Shown: piece by piece, positions 39,054 to 51,027 of the stretch | How positions within the stretch are numbered: the first letter of the stretch is position 1 | How the letters are laid out: each line of letters begins with the position of its first letter | NCBI GenBank assembly: GCA_963706335.1 | Contig: CAVPME010000019.1 | Coordinates: forward strand, 150,432-214,431 | Origin: Terriglobia bacterium | GTDB lineage: Bacteria > Acidobacteriota > Terriglobia > Terriglobales > Acidobacteriaceae | Direction: 5' to 3' | Length of the DNA: 64,000 nt | Made by a program: the position numbers and the translations under genes | The notes under the pieces: model-generated | Databases searched by the model: none | The model's input: the letters and a program-made list of their open reading frames with translations, nothing else | What the model was told of the DNA's origin: nothing

Positions 39054-42000
39054 TCACTGCACGACCATAATTATCTGCTGCGTACGCGTGGCCGTACCTG
39101 AAGTTGCAGTGACCGTCAGGTTATAAGTGCCAGCCGGAGTTCCAGTCGTGGTGCTCGTCGATGTACTGGAGCCGCAGCCCGCCTGGAACAATACCAGTGA
39201 GAAGAAACCTCCCAGCAGAATCGTGAACAGCAGTCGGCGCCTAAGAGATTTCTTTCCACCAATTCCAACACCCAGCAGTGCCAATCCGGAAACTGGGAAC
39301 AAGGCGGCATAGAACGGTCTGCCGGTCGGGAAAATACTTGCAGGGGTCGTCACTCGCGCGGTGGTATTGACCACCAACTGGCGGCTTTGCGGTCCGCTGC
39401 TAAGGTTAGTGAAAGTTGCACCGTTGGGGAAAGTAGCTGTGCCGCCGCTAGGAGCGCCCGAAGCCGAAATCGTAACCGTATCCGGAATGTTTCCGGTAGG
39501 AGTGACTGTCACCGTATAGCTGGCGGGAATTCCGGCCACAACCGTCTGTGTTGCCGGTGAAACCGCAACGCTGAAATCGTTCACCGTAGCTACCGCGGGC
39601 GGAGGAGCCGGTGTCACAACTATGTTGGTACCAAACACGTTGATCCTGCCACCATCGCTCAAGGATCCAGCCTGAGTCGGAGTCAAAACAACAGTGACGG
39701 TATCGGCCGCCCCGCCGTTTATGGTTCCTACCGTGCAGGTAACCGTACCTCCATTCGCCGGGCAATTGGTTTGCCCCGGAGAAGCATTCGCGGACACGAA
39801 TGTCGCGCCAACGGAAGATATGACGTCGGTGAAGATGATTCCACTAGTAAGGTCGCCCTGGTTCGAAATGGTGTAAGTAAACGTTACGTTGTTACCCACG
39901 CCGACAGGGTTAGGCGCGACGGTTTCGGTTAAAGCTAGGCCAATCGTAGGCCCCAGCTTGCTTAGGAATGCGTCCGTGCCGCCCTTCAACGCGGCTTGAA
40001 ATGGATTCGCGGTGGGGAAATTGGGTGAACCGGTCTCGCCCACCACGTAGCTGTTGCCCTGCGCGTCTGTAGCGATGCTGGTCGCATAGTCATTGCCGCT
40101 CCCGCCAAGGTAAGTGCCGTAGTGACCCAAGGAGAGCGATGAAGCAGCTGTGGTATCGATACGAGCCGCGAAGCCGTCAGCCAGACCGCTCAGAGCAGCC
40201 TGGACCGGATTGTTGGGAACGGGAAAATTCGCCGAGTTGGTAAATCCCGCAACGCGGGCGCCTTGTAAGGAATCTACAGCGATACTCAGCCCCACATCCG
40301 TACCCGCTCCGCCCAGGTAGGTAAAGTAGGTCAGAGGAACCGTTGTGGTCGTACAGGCTGAACCGGTGCACGGATTGCCGAACTTGCCAACGAAGGCGTC
40401 GGTACCGCCGGCGTTCGTGCCCTGAAACGCGGTGGTACCACTCGGAAGAGTGAAATCGGTGGAACTCGTCGAACCGGTGATATAGGCACTGAGACCGGAA
40501 TCAACTGAAATTCCGAAGCCTACATCGTCTCCGGTGCCACCCAGATAACTTGAGTAAAGCAATTGCGAACCTGACGCCGCGGCGGGATTGAGCTTGGCAA
40601 TGAAAGCATCTGTGGCTGTCAGGTTGGTGGCGCAGTTCGGAGTCGTGGTTGGAGGGGTCGTCGGAGGTGGCGTATCCAGACAACCCTGGTACGCGTTAAC
40701 GATGGGGAAATCCGTAGTGGCGCTTCCCGTATGCTGGAAGTTCGTGCCGCCGGTGATGTAGACATTCGCATTCGCATCAACGGCAATTCCGCCGCCCAGC
40801 GTAAGACCGTTCAGCGGACTTCCGCCGCCAAAATAGGTCGAATAGGCCAGGCTGGGAAAACCAATCAAGACCGGATCGATTTTGCTCACAAAAAACTGGG
40901 AAGTCCCAAGCGACGCCACCTGAAGCGCGCCTAGGGTCGCCGGAAACGAGTGTGTTGCGTCGGGCGCATTTGTGGATGTCGTGGTTCCGATGACGTAAAT
41001 CTTGTCTTTGAAATCCACCGCCAGACCCCGGGCCGATTCGACGCCGTTGCCCGACAAGTAAGTCGAGTAAAGCAGCGAGTGTCCGGTAGCGTCCAGCTTG
41101 GTCACAAAGGCGTGAGCTCCTGCGCTTGCGGGCGTGCCTTGAAACGCTGAGCTATTGACTGGGAAGTTGCTCGACGTGGTCGTACCAGCGACGATAACGT
41201 TAAATGCAGAATCCACCGCAACTCCGGCACTCGTATCTGCCCCGTTTCCACCGAGATAGGTGGAAAATACGATGGCGGTACCTGCGGAGTTTAGCTTGGT
41301 GACGAAAACATCGGGAGCCGTGGCAATCGCCGGCTGAAAAGCCGCGGGCGGCGGGGCTGTAGTAGGTTGCGGCGTTATGGGGAAGTCGACCGAGGTGGTC
41401 GACCCCGCGAGGTAAATATTGGACGAGGCGTCTAGCGCGACCGCGGGACATCCGGACGGCGGAGTCGGGCTCGCGGTGATAAGCGAACAAGATTCGTCGT
41501 TGCTACCGCCGAAATAAGTCGAGAAGGCCAGGACCGGATCGATCACCAGAGACCGGCTGTGGTCATAGCCTTCGATCGCGAACCCAACTTTGCCGTCGGA
41601 ACGCATGACAAAACGCCCGGCAACGGGCTGTGCCGAATCGCCCTCGGCTTGGTAAACGCGCGGGGCTTTGAGCCGGACTTCCTCATGGCCGGCGACGACT
41701 ACCAGGTCGCCGCTCCGATCCAACGTAGGTTTAGCGAAGCCCTCAAACTGGAAAGATATCGTTCGGGGATCGGCATAAGGAGCTAGCTCAAAGTCGTACT
41801 CGAGCTGTTGCTGTTTGCCGTAGTAAACCAGGTCGATTCCCGGATAAACGTTCCGATAACGAACTCGTGCAAATTGCGGGATGTCCCGATGCCAATGGGC
41901 GGGATCATTCCCGATGAAGATAATTGCTTTTACCCGGAAGCTGATCGTCTCCGCTGACCACCGCATCAGGATTCGACCCGGCCATTTTCATGCGAATGAC

Positions 42001-42402
42001 GGGATTTTTGGAATGCTTTCCCAAAACCAGAACTGCCTGATCGCCGCTAAGAAACAAGCCATAGCCGGTCCCGCGCGCCAGAAACTTCACTTGAGGGTCG
42101 GTTTGTCCTTGATTGGGCTCAAATCTCAGCGGTAGCTGGCTTAGATCAAGCTTCCTGGATGTGGAGGCTCTTCCTGGGTTTGAAGCATAAATGGGAGAGA
42201 ATTGGGAACTCGGTCCGGAGTGATGGTTGCCGGCGACCGGCAACTTTGGGACTGCTCCACCAACCGTCAGCGTCAAAAAACCTAAGGATAAGACCGCGAT
42301 CGACAGCAAGACAGGGCGATAGCCTGTTCCCAACCCACGGAAGTTCAATGTCACCAGCTCCTCCGGATATTCCGATTCATGGAGAGGAAGTAAGGACGGC
42401 AC
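39054..42402 (-). CDS. ~1100-aa SBBP (beta-propeller) repeat / DUF11-like surface protein. One frameshift at about 41918-41922 separates the N-terminal 165 aa.
   Basis: ORF 41905..42402 ends ...LPLRFEPNQGQTD...QLPGKSNY. ORF 39054..41966 continues FIGNDPAHWH... The two join with a 1-nt frame change. Many YLGG..D.G.GIAVD propeller repeats. Confidence 0.85.
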
Positions 42403-42646
42403 GCAAACAGCAATCCGGCTCGCGTCTGCGAAGCGGCGCGCGTACTTGTCACCAGAATAAAGGCGAAAAATAAGTAACTACTTAAACATCTGACGGATAG
42501 ACTGTCAAGCTGAGCGCAACTTCGCCTTATCCCTGGATGGATCAGATGCGTTGAAGGACGATCAGAGATGCCGACATCTACCTAAATCCTGTTTCCACTG
42601 AAGTTTCCCCATGACTCCCGACAGGACAGATCATGTGCAAAACGTT

Positions 42647-42910
42647 TCACCTAAATTCTGAAGAAACAAAGCCGAGGATGTTGTAACAGCCTTTGTTTGC
42701 CCACGCGTCGGCCTCTGCATCCTGAAGTTTCTCCTGGCATTGCGCGTGCAGGGATTTGTGTTTCATCTCAATTGTTGGGTTGAGATCCTCCCCTAAGCGT
42801 GCAAAAAGCGTTAACCTAAGAAGTTCCCAATGATTTTGCGCTTGCAAACTGTTGCTGGATAAGTAAATCTGACGGAAGTGCATTTTCCAGGTTGGTGAAA
42901 ATGCCTTCAT
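42647..42910 (-). CDS. Hypothetical 87-aa ORF in a lower-GC intergenic stretch (weak call)
   Basis: Only ORF evidence; no family recognised. Confidence 0.15.
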   Translation of the reverse strand: MKAFSPTWKMHFRQIYLSSNSLQAQNHWELLRLTLFARLGEDLNPTIEMKHKSLHAQCQEKLQDAEADAWANKGCYNILGFVSSEFR

Positions 42911-42939
42911 TGGGGTGGAATTTGACTGGGCTTGGACTG

Positions 42940-43332
42940 ATGAGTCTGCAAAGAGGAAATTCGATTCAGCAAAGTGGGCAGGATCGACGGATCATGCGGC
43001 GTTTTGATATGCGTTTGCCCGCGACAGTTCGAGTAGCGGGTCAAGGGCTTCGCGATCTGTCGACGGAAACCCAGAATGTCAGCGCACGTGGCGTGTTCTT
43101 TTACCTGGATCGTCCTCTGGCCGAGGGCATGCGCATTGAAGTGACCATGACGTTTCCGCCGCACGTCACCTTGACTGAGCCGGTGCGCGTTCGTTTCACC
43201 GCCCGCGTAGTGCGAGTCGAAACATCGCCGGCTTATCCCGGCATCGGCGTGGCCGCGATGATCGAAGAATACGAGTTTTTGCGCTCTAATCCATCCTCTG
43301 AACTGAATACCAATAGAAAGTTCGGCAGCTAA
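42940..43332 (+). CDS. PilZ-domain protein (ORF opens at 42892)
   Basis: RRIMRR plus NVSARG motifs. Alignable with the 25140..25619 product (…RGVFFY.D..LAEG..vE.t…P..VTL.E..RVR..A.V.RV…). Confidence 0.8.
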   Translation: MSLQRGNSIQQSGQDRRIMRRFDMRLPATVRVAGQGLRDLSTETQNVSARGVFFYLDRPLAEGMRIEVTMTFPPHVTLTEPVRVRFTARVVRVETSPAYPGIGVAAMIEEYEFLRSNPSSELNTNRKFGS

Positions 43333-43371
43333 CCGGGATTCGCGCCGGAGAAAATCGTTGGTCTCGACGTC

Positions 43372-43503
43372 TTAGTTTCTGGACTCGGTCCGTTTCAATT
43401 GTGCAATCTCTTTGCGCAGGCGCTGATACCGCCTCACCAGGATTCCCAGATAAGTCACATGGATGATCCATGTCGCAGTGTAGGCGGCGTAAAGGAAATT
43501 CAT
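43372..43503 (-). CDS. ccmD: CcmD-like small membrane protein (43 aa, below the ORF-track cutoff as an independent gene)
   Basis: MNFLYAAYTATWIIHVTYLGILVRRYQRLRKEIAQLKRTESRN. The start overlaps the ccmC stop as ATGA. Confidence 0.65.
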   Translation of the reverse strand: MNFLYAAYTATWIIHVTYLGILVRRYQRLRKEIAQLKRTESRN

Positions 43504-44360
43504 CGTGAGCTCCGATGGTTCTGCAGCGATTCCAACGCCTGAAATTCTTCGACTTCCCTTTGCAATATCTCCAGACGATACCGCGATCGGCAAATAAGAA
43601 TCGCGAAACACAGGAACGCCAGCCAGTTGATCAGAAGGACATGCAACATTCGGGGATCGATCGAGCCTCCGCCCCCAATTACAGGCTGGGGATGTTGGGT
43701 TCGAAAAATCCAGATGGAGAAATAAACCAGTGGCACATCGAGCGCCCCGAAAATTGCCAGCGCCGCCGCCAGTACTGGAGTTTGGCCACTCGTCGAGAAC
43801 CGACGCAACATCAGGTAGCTGATGTAAATCAGCCAGAGCACGAGGGTTGAAGTCAGACGGACGTCCCACGTCCACCAAATGCCCCAAACCGGTCTCGCCC
43901 ATAGCGGCCCCGTCACCAGAACGACGCTGCAGAATACAACTCCGACCTCCGCGGTGACCACCGCCAGGGCATCGGTTCGCTGTTCCGAAAAATACTTCCC
44001 GATCAAGAAGTAGAGGCCTGCGATGACGATCCCGGTCGTGGCAATCGAGGAGGGTTCTATACCCGTTGGCAATGGCTGGACTACGAACGCCGCGACACAC
44101 GCGGCCACGGCAAGCAAGATCACCACCCACTTGGCGATATTGTCGGCAACCTTGTCCCGCCGGACCAGGTACTGAATCGAACAAATAAAGTTAATAAAGA
44201 AAAGCAGGAATGCGGTCCACGCCGACGGCACATGATAATAAAAAATGCGCTGCACGTTACCCATGGTCTGTTCGGTGGGGGCCGCCACCAGCGCCTCATA
44301 CAACGCATAACTGAGGAGGACCGCTGTCAGCAGCGCGAAAATGGGGAAGGCGCGCTTCAT
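43500..44360 (-). CDS. ccmC: Heme exporter protein CcmC
   Basis: WGIWWTWDVRLTS Trp-rich heme-handling motif with multiple TM segments. Confidence 0.92.
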   Translation of the reverse strand: MKRAFPIFALLTAVLLSYALYEALVAAPTEQTMGNVQRIFYYHVPSAWTAFLLFFINFICSIQYLVRRDKVADNIAKWVVILLAVAACVAAFVVQPLPTGIEPSSIATTGIVIAGLYFLIGKYFSEQRTDALAVVTAEVGVVFCSVVLVTGPLWARPVWGIWWTWDVRLTSTLVLWLIYISYLMLRRFSTSGQTPVLAAALAIFGALDVPLVYFSIWIFRTQHPQPVIGGGGSIDPRMLHVLLINWLAFLCFAILICRSRYRLEILQREVEEFQALESLQNHRSSR

Positions 44361-44442
44361 TTCTAGTTCACCGCGTCGGGTTCAGCGGGACGAAATCTAT
44401 CGCCCTGAAATTCGTCGCCAATATCACCTCTTCGAGCGAATT

Positions 44443-45174
44443 TCATTCCGCGTGCAAAACCGATTCAAATAACATCAGACCAGCGATAGTAAACACCACG
44501 TCGTAAGTGGTAAGCAATACAATCCAGAATTTCGCGGAAAGCTCTCCTGACAAAACCGCGGTGGTCGCGTTCACCATCGCGAGCAATGCTGGAATAGTAA
44601 CGGGAAAAAGCAGAAGCGGCAGCATGATCTCGCGGCTCCGTGTACGCAGCGACATCGCCGCAAAAAAAGTTCCGTTCACTACGATAGCCCAGGTGCCAAG
44701 CACCGCAATAGGAATAAGCTGCCATGACGGACCAAGCGCGCGCAGTTTGTAGAACATGATAAACAGCGGCGTCATCAGCATTTCAAGTATGGCAACGAAA
44801 ATGAAATTGCCCAAAGCCTTGGCCAGAAAGAGAGAATTCGCCGGCGCCGGAGAAACTCGGTAGGCATCCAGAACCTGATTGCGCAACTCACGCGCCCAGG
44901 TCTGATTTAACGCCACCACGGCGGCAAAGAGAAACGCCACCCAGACCAGCCCGCCGGCGATCTGCCGCGATTCTTCTGCATTCGGATCGAACGAAAAACT
45001 GAATACCACGACTACCAGAAGCGAGAAAAACAACATCGCGTTGATGGCATCCTTCGATCGCCACTCCAGACGCAGGTCTTTCGCTAAAGTGGCGGTGGTG
45101 ACGCCGGTGATTACAGCTGGGGAAGTGCTCGCATCATCTCGGTCAACCCCACGAACTGATGTCGTTTCGATCAT
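44443..45174 (-). CDS. ccmB: Heme exporter membrane protein CcmB
   Basis: LRLEWRSKDAINAMLFFSLLVVVVFSF..., 6-TM profile, 4-nt overlap with ccmA. Confidence 0.88.
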   Translation of the reverse strand: MIETTSVRGVDRDDASTSPAVITGVTTATLAKDLRLEWRSKDAINAMLFFSLLVVVVFSFSFDPNAEESRQIAGGLVWVAFLFAAVVALNQTWARELRNQVLDAYRVSPAPANSLFLAKALGNFIFVAILEMLMTPLFIMFYKLRALGPSWQLIPIAVLGTWAIVVNGTFFAAMSLRTRSREIMLPLLLFPVTIPALLAMVNATTAVLSGELSAKFWIVLLTTYDVVFTIAGLMLFESVLHAE

Positions 45175-45929
45175 CTCGGTTCAATCGGAGCGAGGTAGGG
45201 CGCACGTGCGGATATCCGTCCGGATTCCATCGAAACAAACTCGTCTGCTGCACCCTCCAGCAGAGATGCCTGGTGAGTCACCACGAAAATGGTCTTGCCG
45301 GCATCGCGCCTCCTCATCAGCAACGCAACCATGGAGCGTGCCGAACGCATATCGACATTAGAAAAGGGCTCGTCCAATAACAAAATCCGGGGCTCGTTGA
45401 GTAGGGCCCGTGCCAGCGACAACCTCTGCCGCATGCCCTGCGAATACTGCGATACTGGTCGCGTTAATGACGGATCAAGATCAACCGTGGTCATGGCAGT
45501 GGCGCAAAGTCGGTCGTCCGAGATGCCGTAGAGGCGCGCGAAATAGCGCAAGTTTTCCATGCCGCTCATCTCGTCGTAAAGCATTGACGGATGCGCCATG
45601 TAGCCGATTTCGCGGCAAAGGTTTCTCACGCCGCTGGTCCCCAGCATCGTGATCTGACCACCACTCGGCTGCACCAGGCCTGCAAGGACGCGAAGGAGGG
45701 TCGTCTTCCCTGCGCCGTTGTCGCCGAGGATGGCATACAGCCGCCCACCGGCAAACTCTGCATTGACACCACGAAGCGCCGCAAAACGGCCAAACTGCTT
45801 CACCAACGCAGTAATCGCGATGATGGGAGAAGAATCCAAGTTTGCAAGATAGCCGAAGGCAGAGTTGAAGTCGAGCGCCTTAGTCCCGTAGGGGCAGGTG
45901 TCCACCCTGCCCGGCGAGCAAAGCTCCAA
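45171..45929 (-). CDS. ccmA: Heme exporter ABC ATPase CcmA (true start probably internal, near 45840)
   Basis: GDNGAGKTTLLRVLAGL (Walker A), YSQGMRQRLSLARAL (signature), ILLLDEPFSNVD (Walker B). Confidence 0.88.
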   Translation of the reverse strand: MELCSPGRVDTCPYGTKALDFNSAFGYLANLDSSPIIAITALVKQFGRFAALRGVNAEFAGGRLYAILGDNGAGKTTLLRVLAGLVQPSGGQITMLGTSGVRNLCREIGYMAHPSMLYDEMSGMENLRYFARLYGISDDRLCATAMTTVDLDPSLTRPVSQYSQGMRQRLSLARALLNEPRILLLDEPFSNVDMRSARSMVALLMRRRDAGKTIFVVTHQASLLEGAADEFVSMESGRISARAPYLAPIEPR

Positions 45930-45988
45930 GCATCCACGAGACAGAGTGAGCGAGAAATCTGCGCCTTAAAATGCAACAGTGCGGGAAA

Positions 45989-46480
45989 CTAATTCGACAT
46001 GCCTGGGGCGTTCGGGGTTTCAACCTGGGTTACGCTTTTCGCCGGCGCACCTTGGGAAGTTCCGTTTGCGGGAGCATCGGGTTGTTTAGGCGCGTATTTA
46101 GAAGCACACTTGGCTTGCAACTGCTTGGCGTGGAAGACGCCATCGCGCCCGAAACTGCCATCGGCGAGGGCTTGGGAATCGTCTTTGAAGGTGTCGGGAG
46201 GCGCTTCAGTTCCGCTATATACCACGCTTAGAAGCTGATCGTTTTCCACCAAAACAAAATTGACATTGGTCCCAGTTCGCCGGATCGAGCCGGGCTGGAC
46301 ATTGCCCGCCACGCGCAGATGCTTGGCGTAGGCACCATCGCCCATCCCGCGCAGTTCTTTGATGGTGACGTAATAGCTCTTGCTCTCCTGCACCCCGGTG
46401 TAGGCCAGAAAGCCCAGCGAGACGATGATCACTACTACCGCGCCGCCAAATTTGAGATATTTTTGGGTATCCGAGGACAT
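45989..46480 (-). CDS. ccmE: Heme chaperone CcmE, CXXXY variant
   Basis: N-terminal anchor plus OB-fold: YYVTIKEL...HLRVAGNVQPGSIRR...VNFVLVEN...VFHAKQLQAKCASKYAP. Cys occupies the position of the canonical heme-binding His. Confidence 0.85.
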   Translation of the reverse strand: MSSDTQKYLKFGGAVVVIIVSLGFLAYTGVQESKSYYVTIKELRGMGDGAYAKHLRVAGNVQPGSIRRTGTNVNFVLVENDQLLSVVYSGTEAPPDTFKDDSQALADGSFGRDGVFHAKQLQAKCASKYAPKQPDAPANGTSQGAPAKSVTQVETPNAPGMSN

Positions 46481-46592
46481 AGCGTAAAACTCTTTACCGC
46501 CAATATGACTTTATTCCCGGCAACTGGAGAGGTCAAGATGCACGAAAGGACATCTATAATGCAGGCTATCCTATTGGAGTCTGAGAGGCTTA

Positions 46593-47132
46593 ATGATCCA
46601 TCCCTGGCATGACGTTACCCCCGGCGACAAACTCCCGCAGGAGTTTTCCAGCATCATCGAGATTCCGTTTGGATCGAGCGTAAAATACGAACTCGACAAG
46701 GCCAGCGGTTTGATCAAGCTGGATCGTGTGCTGTACTCGGCGGTCTACTATCCGGCCAACTACGGCTTTATTCCCCAGACTCTCGCCGAAGATGACGACC
46801 CCCTGGACGTTCTCGTGCTATGTCAGGAAACGGTCGTGCCCCTGACCCTGATCCATGCACGCGCTATCGGCTTGATGACCATGATCGATACCGGGAAAAA
46901 AGACCATAAAATCATCGCGGTCGCGACCCAGGACCCAGAGTTCAATACCTATCGCGAAGCAGACGAGATGCCACCACATCGCCTGCTCATGCTGCGCAGG
47001 TTTTTTCAGGATTACAAATTACTCGAAGGCAAAGCTGTTGAAGTAGATAAGATCCAACCAGCAGCGGAAGCCTACCCCATCATCGAAGATGCCTTGCACC
47101 GCTACAGCGACCAGCGGCGAAAAGGCTTCTAG
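46593..47132 (+). CDS. ppa: Inorganic pyrophosphatase (family I)
   Basis: [15 protein letters not shown]...[22 protein letters not shown]. Confidence 0.95.
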   Translation: MIHPWHDVTPGDKLPQEFSSIIEIPFGSSVKYELDKASGLIKLDRVLYSAVYYPANYGFIPQTLAEDDDPLDVLVLCQETVVPLTLIHARAIGLMTMIDTGKKDHKIIAVATQDPEFNTYREADEMPPHRLLMLRRFFQDYKLLEGKAVEVDKIQPAAEAYPIIEDALHRYSDQRRKGF

Positions 47133-47154
47133 TTGTTCCAACGTCATCCATGTC

Positions 47155-49185
47155 TCACCAAACCCGGCAGGCATTTTCTGGCGCCATGGGTTGACCCGCC
47201 TTGCAGTTGAATGCATTTTGGAATTCGGGCATGTTCCGCACTACCCCATTGATACGATATCTGCCTGGGGAATGGGGATCGACACTCACCAGCATGCGCT
47301 GATATTCCGGACGCCTCTTTTCACACCACGCACGGCCGGCTCCTAGAAAGAAGCGCTGTTGCGGCGTGAACCCGCCGATGGTCTGTCCGGCGCTGCTGGA
47401 TGGATTGGTAGCAATCATCTGCTCCAATGCCATGAGTGCAATACGCGCGCCCCCATTGTCGGCCGTGTTTTCACCGAGAGTAAGCTTGCCGTTAATTTTC
47501 AAGTCATCGACGGCGACGAAGTTGCCGTACTCATCGGCGATGCAGCTTGCGCGCTTTTCGAACTCAGTGCCATCCTGTGCCGTCCACCAGTCGCGCAGGT
47601 TGCCTTGCGGATCGAACTTGCGACCTTGATCGTCAAAGCCATGCGTCAGTTCATGACCGATCACCATCCCGATGCCTCCGAAGTTCACTGCATCATCGGC
47701 CTGCTTATCGAAGAAAGGCGGTTGCAGAATCCCGGCGGGAAAAACAATTTCGTTTCTCGGAGGACTGTAATAGGCGTTGACCGTAGGAGGTGTCATCTGC
47801 CACTCGTTGCGATCCAATGGCTTGCCGATCTTGGCGATCTGGCGACGAGATTCAAATTCGTTCGCCCGCAGAAAATTTCCCAGAAGGTCGCCGCTCACGA
47901 TCGTAAGTGAACTGTAGTCACGCCACACATCGGGATAACCGATCTTGTTTCGGATCGCATCCAGTTTCACCTTTGCTTGCTTTTTCGTGTCTTCGGTCAT
48001 CCAGGGAAGATTTCGAATGTCTTGATCCAGGCTTTTTTCCAGGGCATCGACCATTTTCAACATGCGCTGTTTTCCGTCGGCGCCGAAGGTTTCCTCCACG
48101 TAGCGCTGGCCTAAAGCTTCGCCTAGTGCATCGTCGGTCGAATTAACACAACGTTTCCAGCGAGGCTTGATTTCGGATTGTCCGGTTAATGCCTTCTGCA
48201 TTGCGAAATTTGCGTCCACGAAGGGTTGGGTAAGCCAGGGAGCGGCGCCATCGAGCAAATGCCAGGTCACATAGGTCCGCAGCGAATCCAGAGACTCGGA
48301 ATCCAGAACGAGATTCACTTGCTTGAAAAAATCCGGGTTGGTGACATTCAGGCTTGAAAAAGCGGGGGTGCCGATAGCCGCAAAATATCGGTCGAGGTGA
48401 AAATTGGGTGCCAGGATCAGCGTTTCCTGGCGAGTCATTTTATGGTCGCGGACTTTGGGGTCGCGACGCGCAGTACGGTCCATCGACGCCTTGGCCAGAG
48501 CGGTCTCGATACGCAAGATCGTTTGCGCAGAATCCGCAGCTCGCTCGTGAGATTGGCCAGACAGCGTAAACAACTGCGTAGCATATTGAACCAGGCTTTT
48601 TCGCGCTTCCGCCATCTTGGGATCGTCTTTGAGGTAATAATCACGGTCAGGCAGCGACAGACCGCCTTGGTCGATGTAGGCGATCACATCATTGGCGCTG
48701 TGCAGGTCCGGCGAAGAATAGAAATTAAACAGTGGACTGGGCCCGATCAGGTGCACGCGGGCAATCGCCTCCATCAAGGCCGGCTTGTCCTTCGCTTGGG
48801 CAATTCGATCCAGTTCCGGCTGCAGCGGCTTTATGCCTTTCGCTTCGACAGTTTTCTCGTCCATGCAGGAGCCATAATAGTCACCGATTTTCTGCGTTAC
48901 CGCATCGCCGGCCGCATTTTGCGATGAAGCTTTTTCCAGAATCTGGCGCATGATCGCAGAATTTCTCTCGTGGATTTCCACGAAACTCGCCCATGAGGTC
49001 TGATCGGAAGGGATTTCAGCGCTCTTCAGCCAGTTGCCGCAAGCGTATTGGTAGAAATCCACGCATGGGTCGATAGTTTTATCGATGGCATCCCCGTTGA
49101 ATGATGGCTGAGAGGGAGCGGATTGAGCCAAAGCGCTCATAGCCAGAAAGAAAATGAACAGGGACAAGAAGCGAAACACGCGCAT
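47155..49185 (-). CDS. M13-family zinc metalloendopeptidase (PepO/neprilysin-like), secreted
   Basis: VIGHELTHGFDD (HExxH), LGENTADNGG (ExxAD), N-terminal signal peptide. Confidence 0.92.
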   Translation of the reverse strand: MRVFRFLSLFIFFLAMSALAQSAPSQPSFNGDAIDKTIDPCVDFYQYACGNWLKSAEIPSDQTSWASFVEIHERNSAIMRQILEKASSQNAAGDAVTQKIGDYYGSCMDEKTVEAKGIKPLQPELDRIAQAKDKPALMEAIARVHLIGPSPLFNFYSSPDLHSANDVIAYIDQGGLSLPDRDYYLKDDPKMAEARKSLVQYATQLFTLSGQSHERAADSAQTILRIETALAKASMDRTARRDPKVRDHKMTRQETLILAPNFHLDRYFAAIGTPAFSSLNVTNPDFFKQVNLVLDSESLDSLRTYVTWHLLDGAAPWLTQPFVDANFAMQKALTGQSEIKPRWKRCVNSTDDALGEALGQRYVEETFGADGKQRMLKMVDALEKSLDQDIRNLPWMTEDTKKQAKVKLDAIRNKIGYPDVWRDYSSLTIVSGDLLGNFLRANEFESRRQIAKIGKPLDRNEWQMTPPTVNAYYSPPRNEIVFPAGILQPPFFDKQADDAVNFGGIGMVIGHELTHGFDDQGRKFDPQGNLRDWWTAQDGTEFEKRASCIADEYGNFVAVDDLKINGKLTLGENTADNGGARIALMALEQMIATNPSSSAGQTIGGFTPQQRFFLGAGRAWCEKRRPEYQRMLVSVDPHSPGRYRINGVVRNMPEFQNAFNCKAGQPMAPENACRVW

Positions 49186-49404
49186 CGATAACCTCGCAGT
49201 GAACGGGCAATTTTAGGCGCTTTGCCATTAGACGATCAAGGCGTCGAGTTGTCATGTTAGCGACGTCTTCTGTCCGAAGCGGTTCCTTATATTGCCTCGT
49301 TCGAGAAATTGCATCAGCCATGTCTCATTATTCAGGGCTTGCCGCCTGATTGTCGCGTGACTGCGGCGTATAATCTGCAATAGACACAAAGGACCTACTT
49401 GTAA

Positions 49405-50862
<1,458 letters not shown>

Positions 50863-50874
50863 TGGAGAATCGAG

Positions 50875-50896
50875 GAGCGGGTTTCTTCCCCCGCTC
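50875..50896 (+). terminator. Hairpin GAGCGGG-TTTCTTCC-CCCGCTC after thiC (no U-tract)
   Basis: 7-bp stem, 13 nt after the stop. Confidence 0.35.
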
Positions 50897-51027
50897 ACTC
50901 CGTGCTCCAGTCGTTAGCTATCGCAAGCATTCGCGTCGAATCTCATCCTCAAAAATAATCTGGTTGCCACTGCACAGTGGAGTCAGGCTCGTATACCTTA
51001 GTAGCTTCTCTGATCCGTAGGAGACCC

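Noticed and set aside
49186-49404. Expected TPP (THI-box) riboswitch upstream of thiC.
   Set aside because: I could not find the conserved CUGAGA element or the ACCUGAUCUGGAUAAUGCCAGCG-like P4/P5 segment. Only a loose CCTGAT is present. A covariance-model scan would be needed, so it is not reported as a feature.
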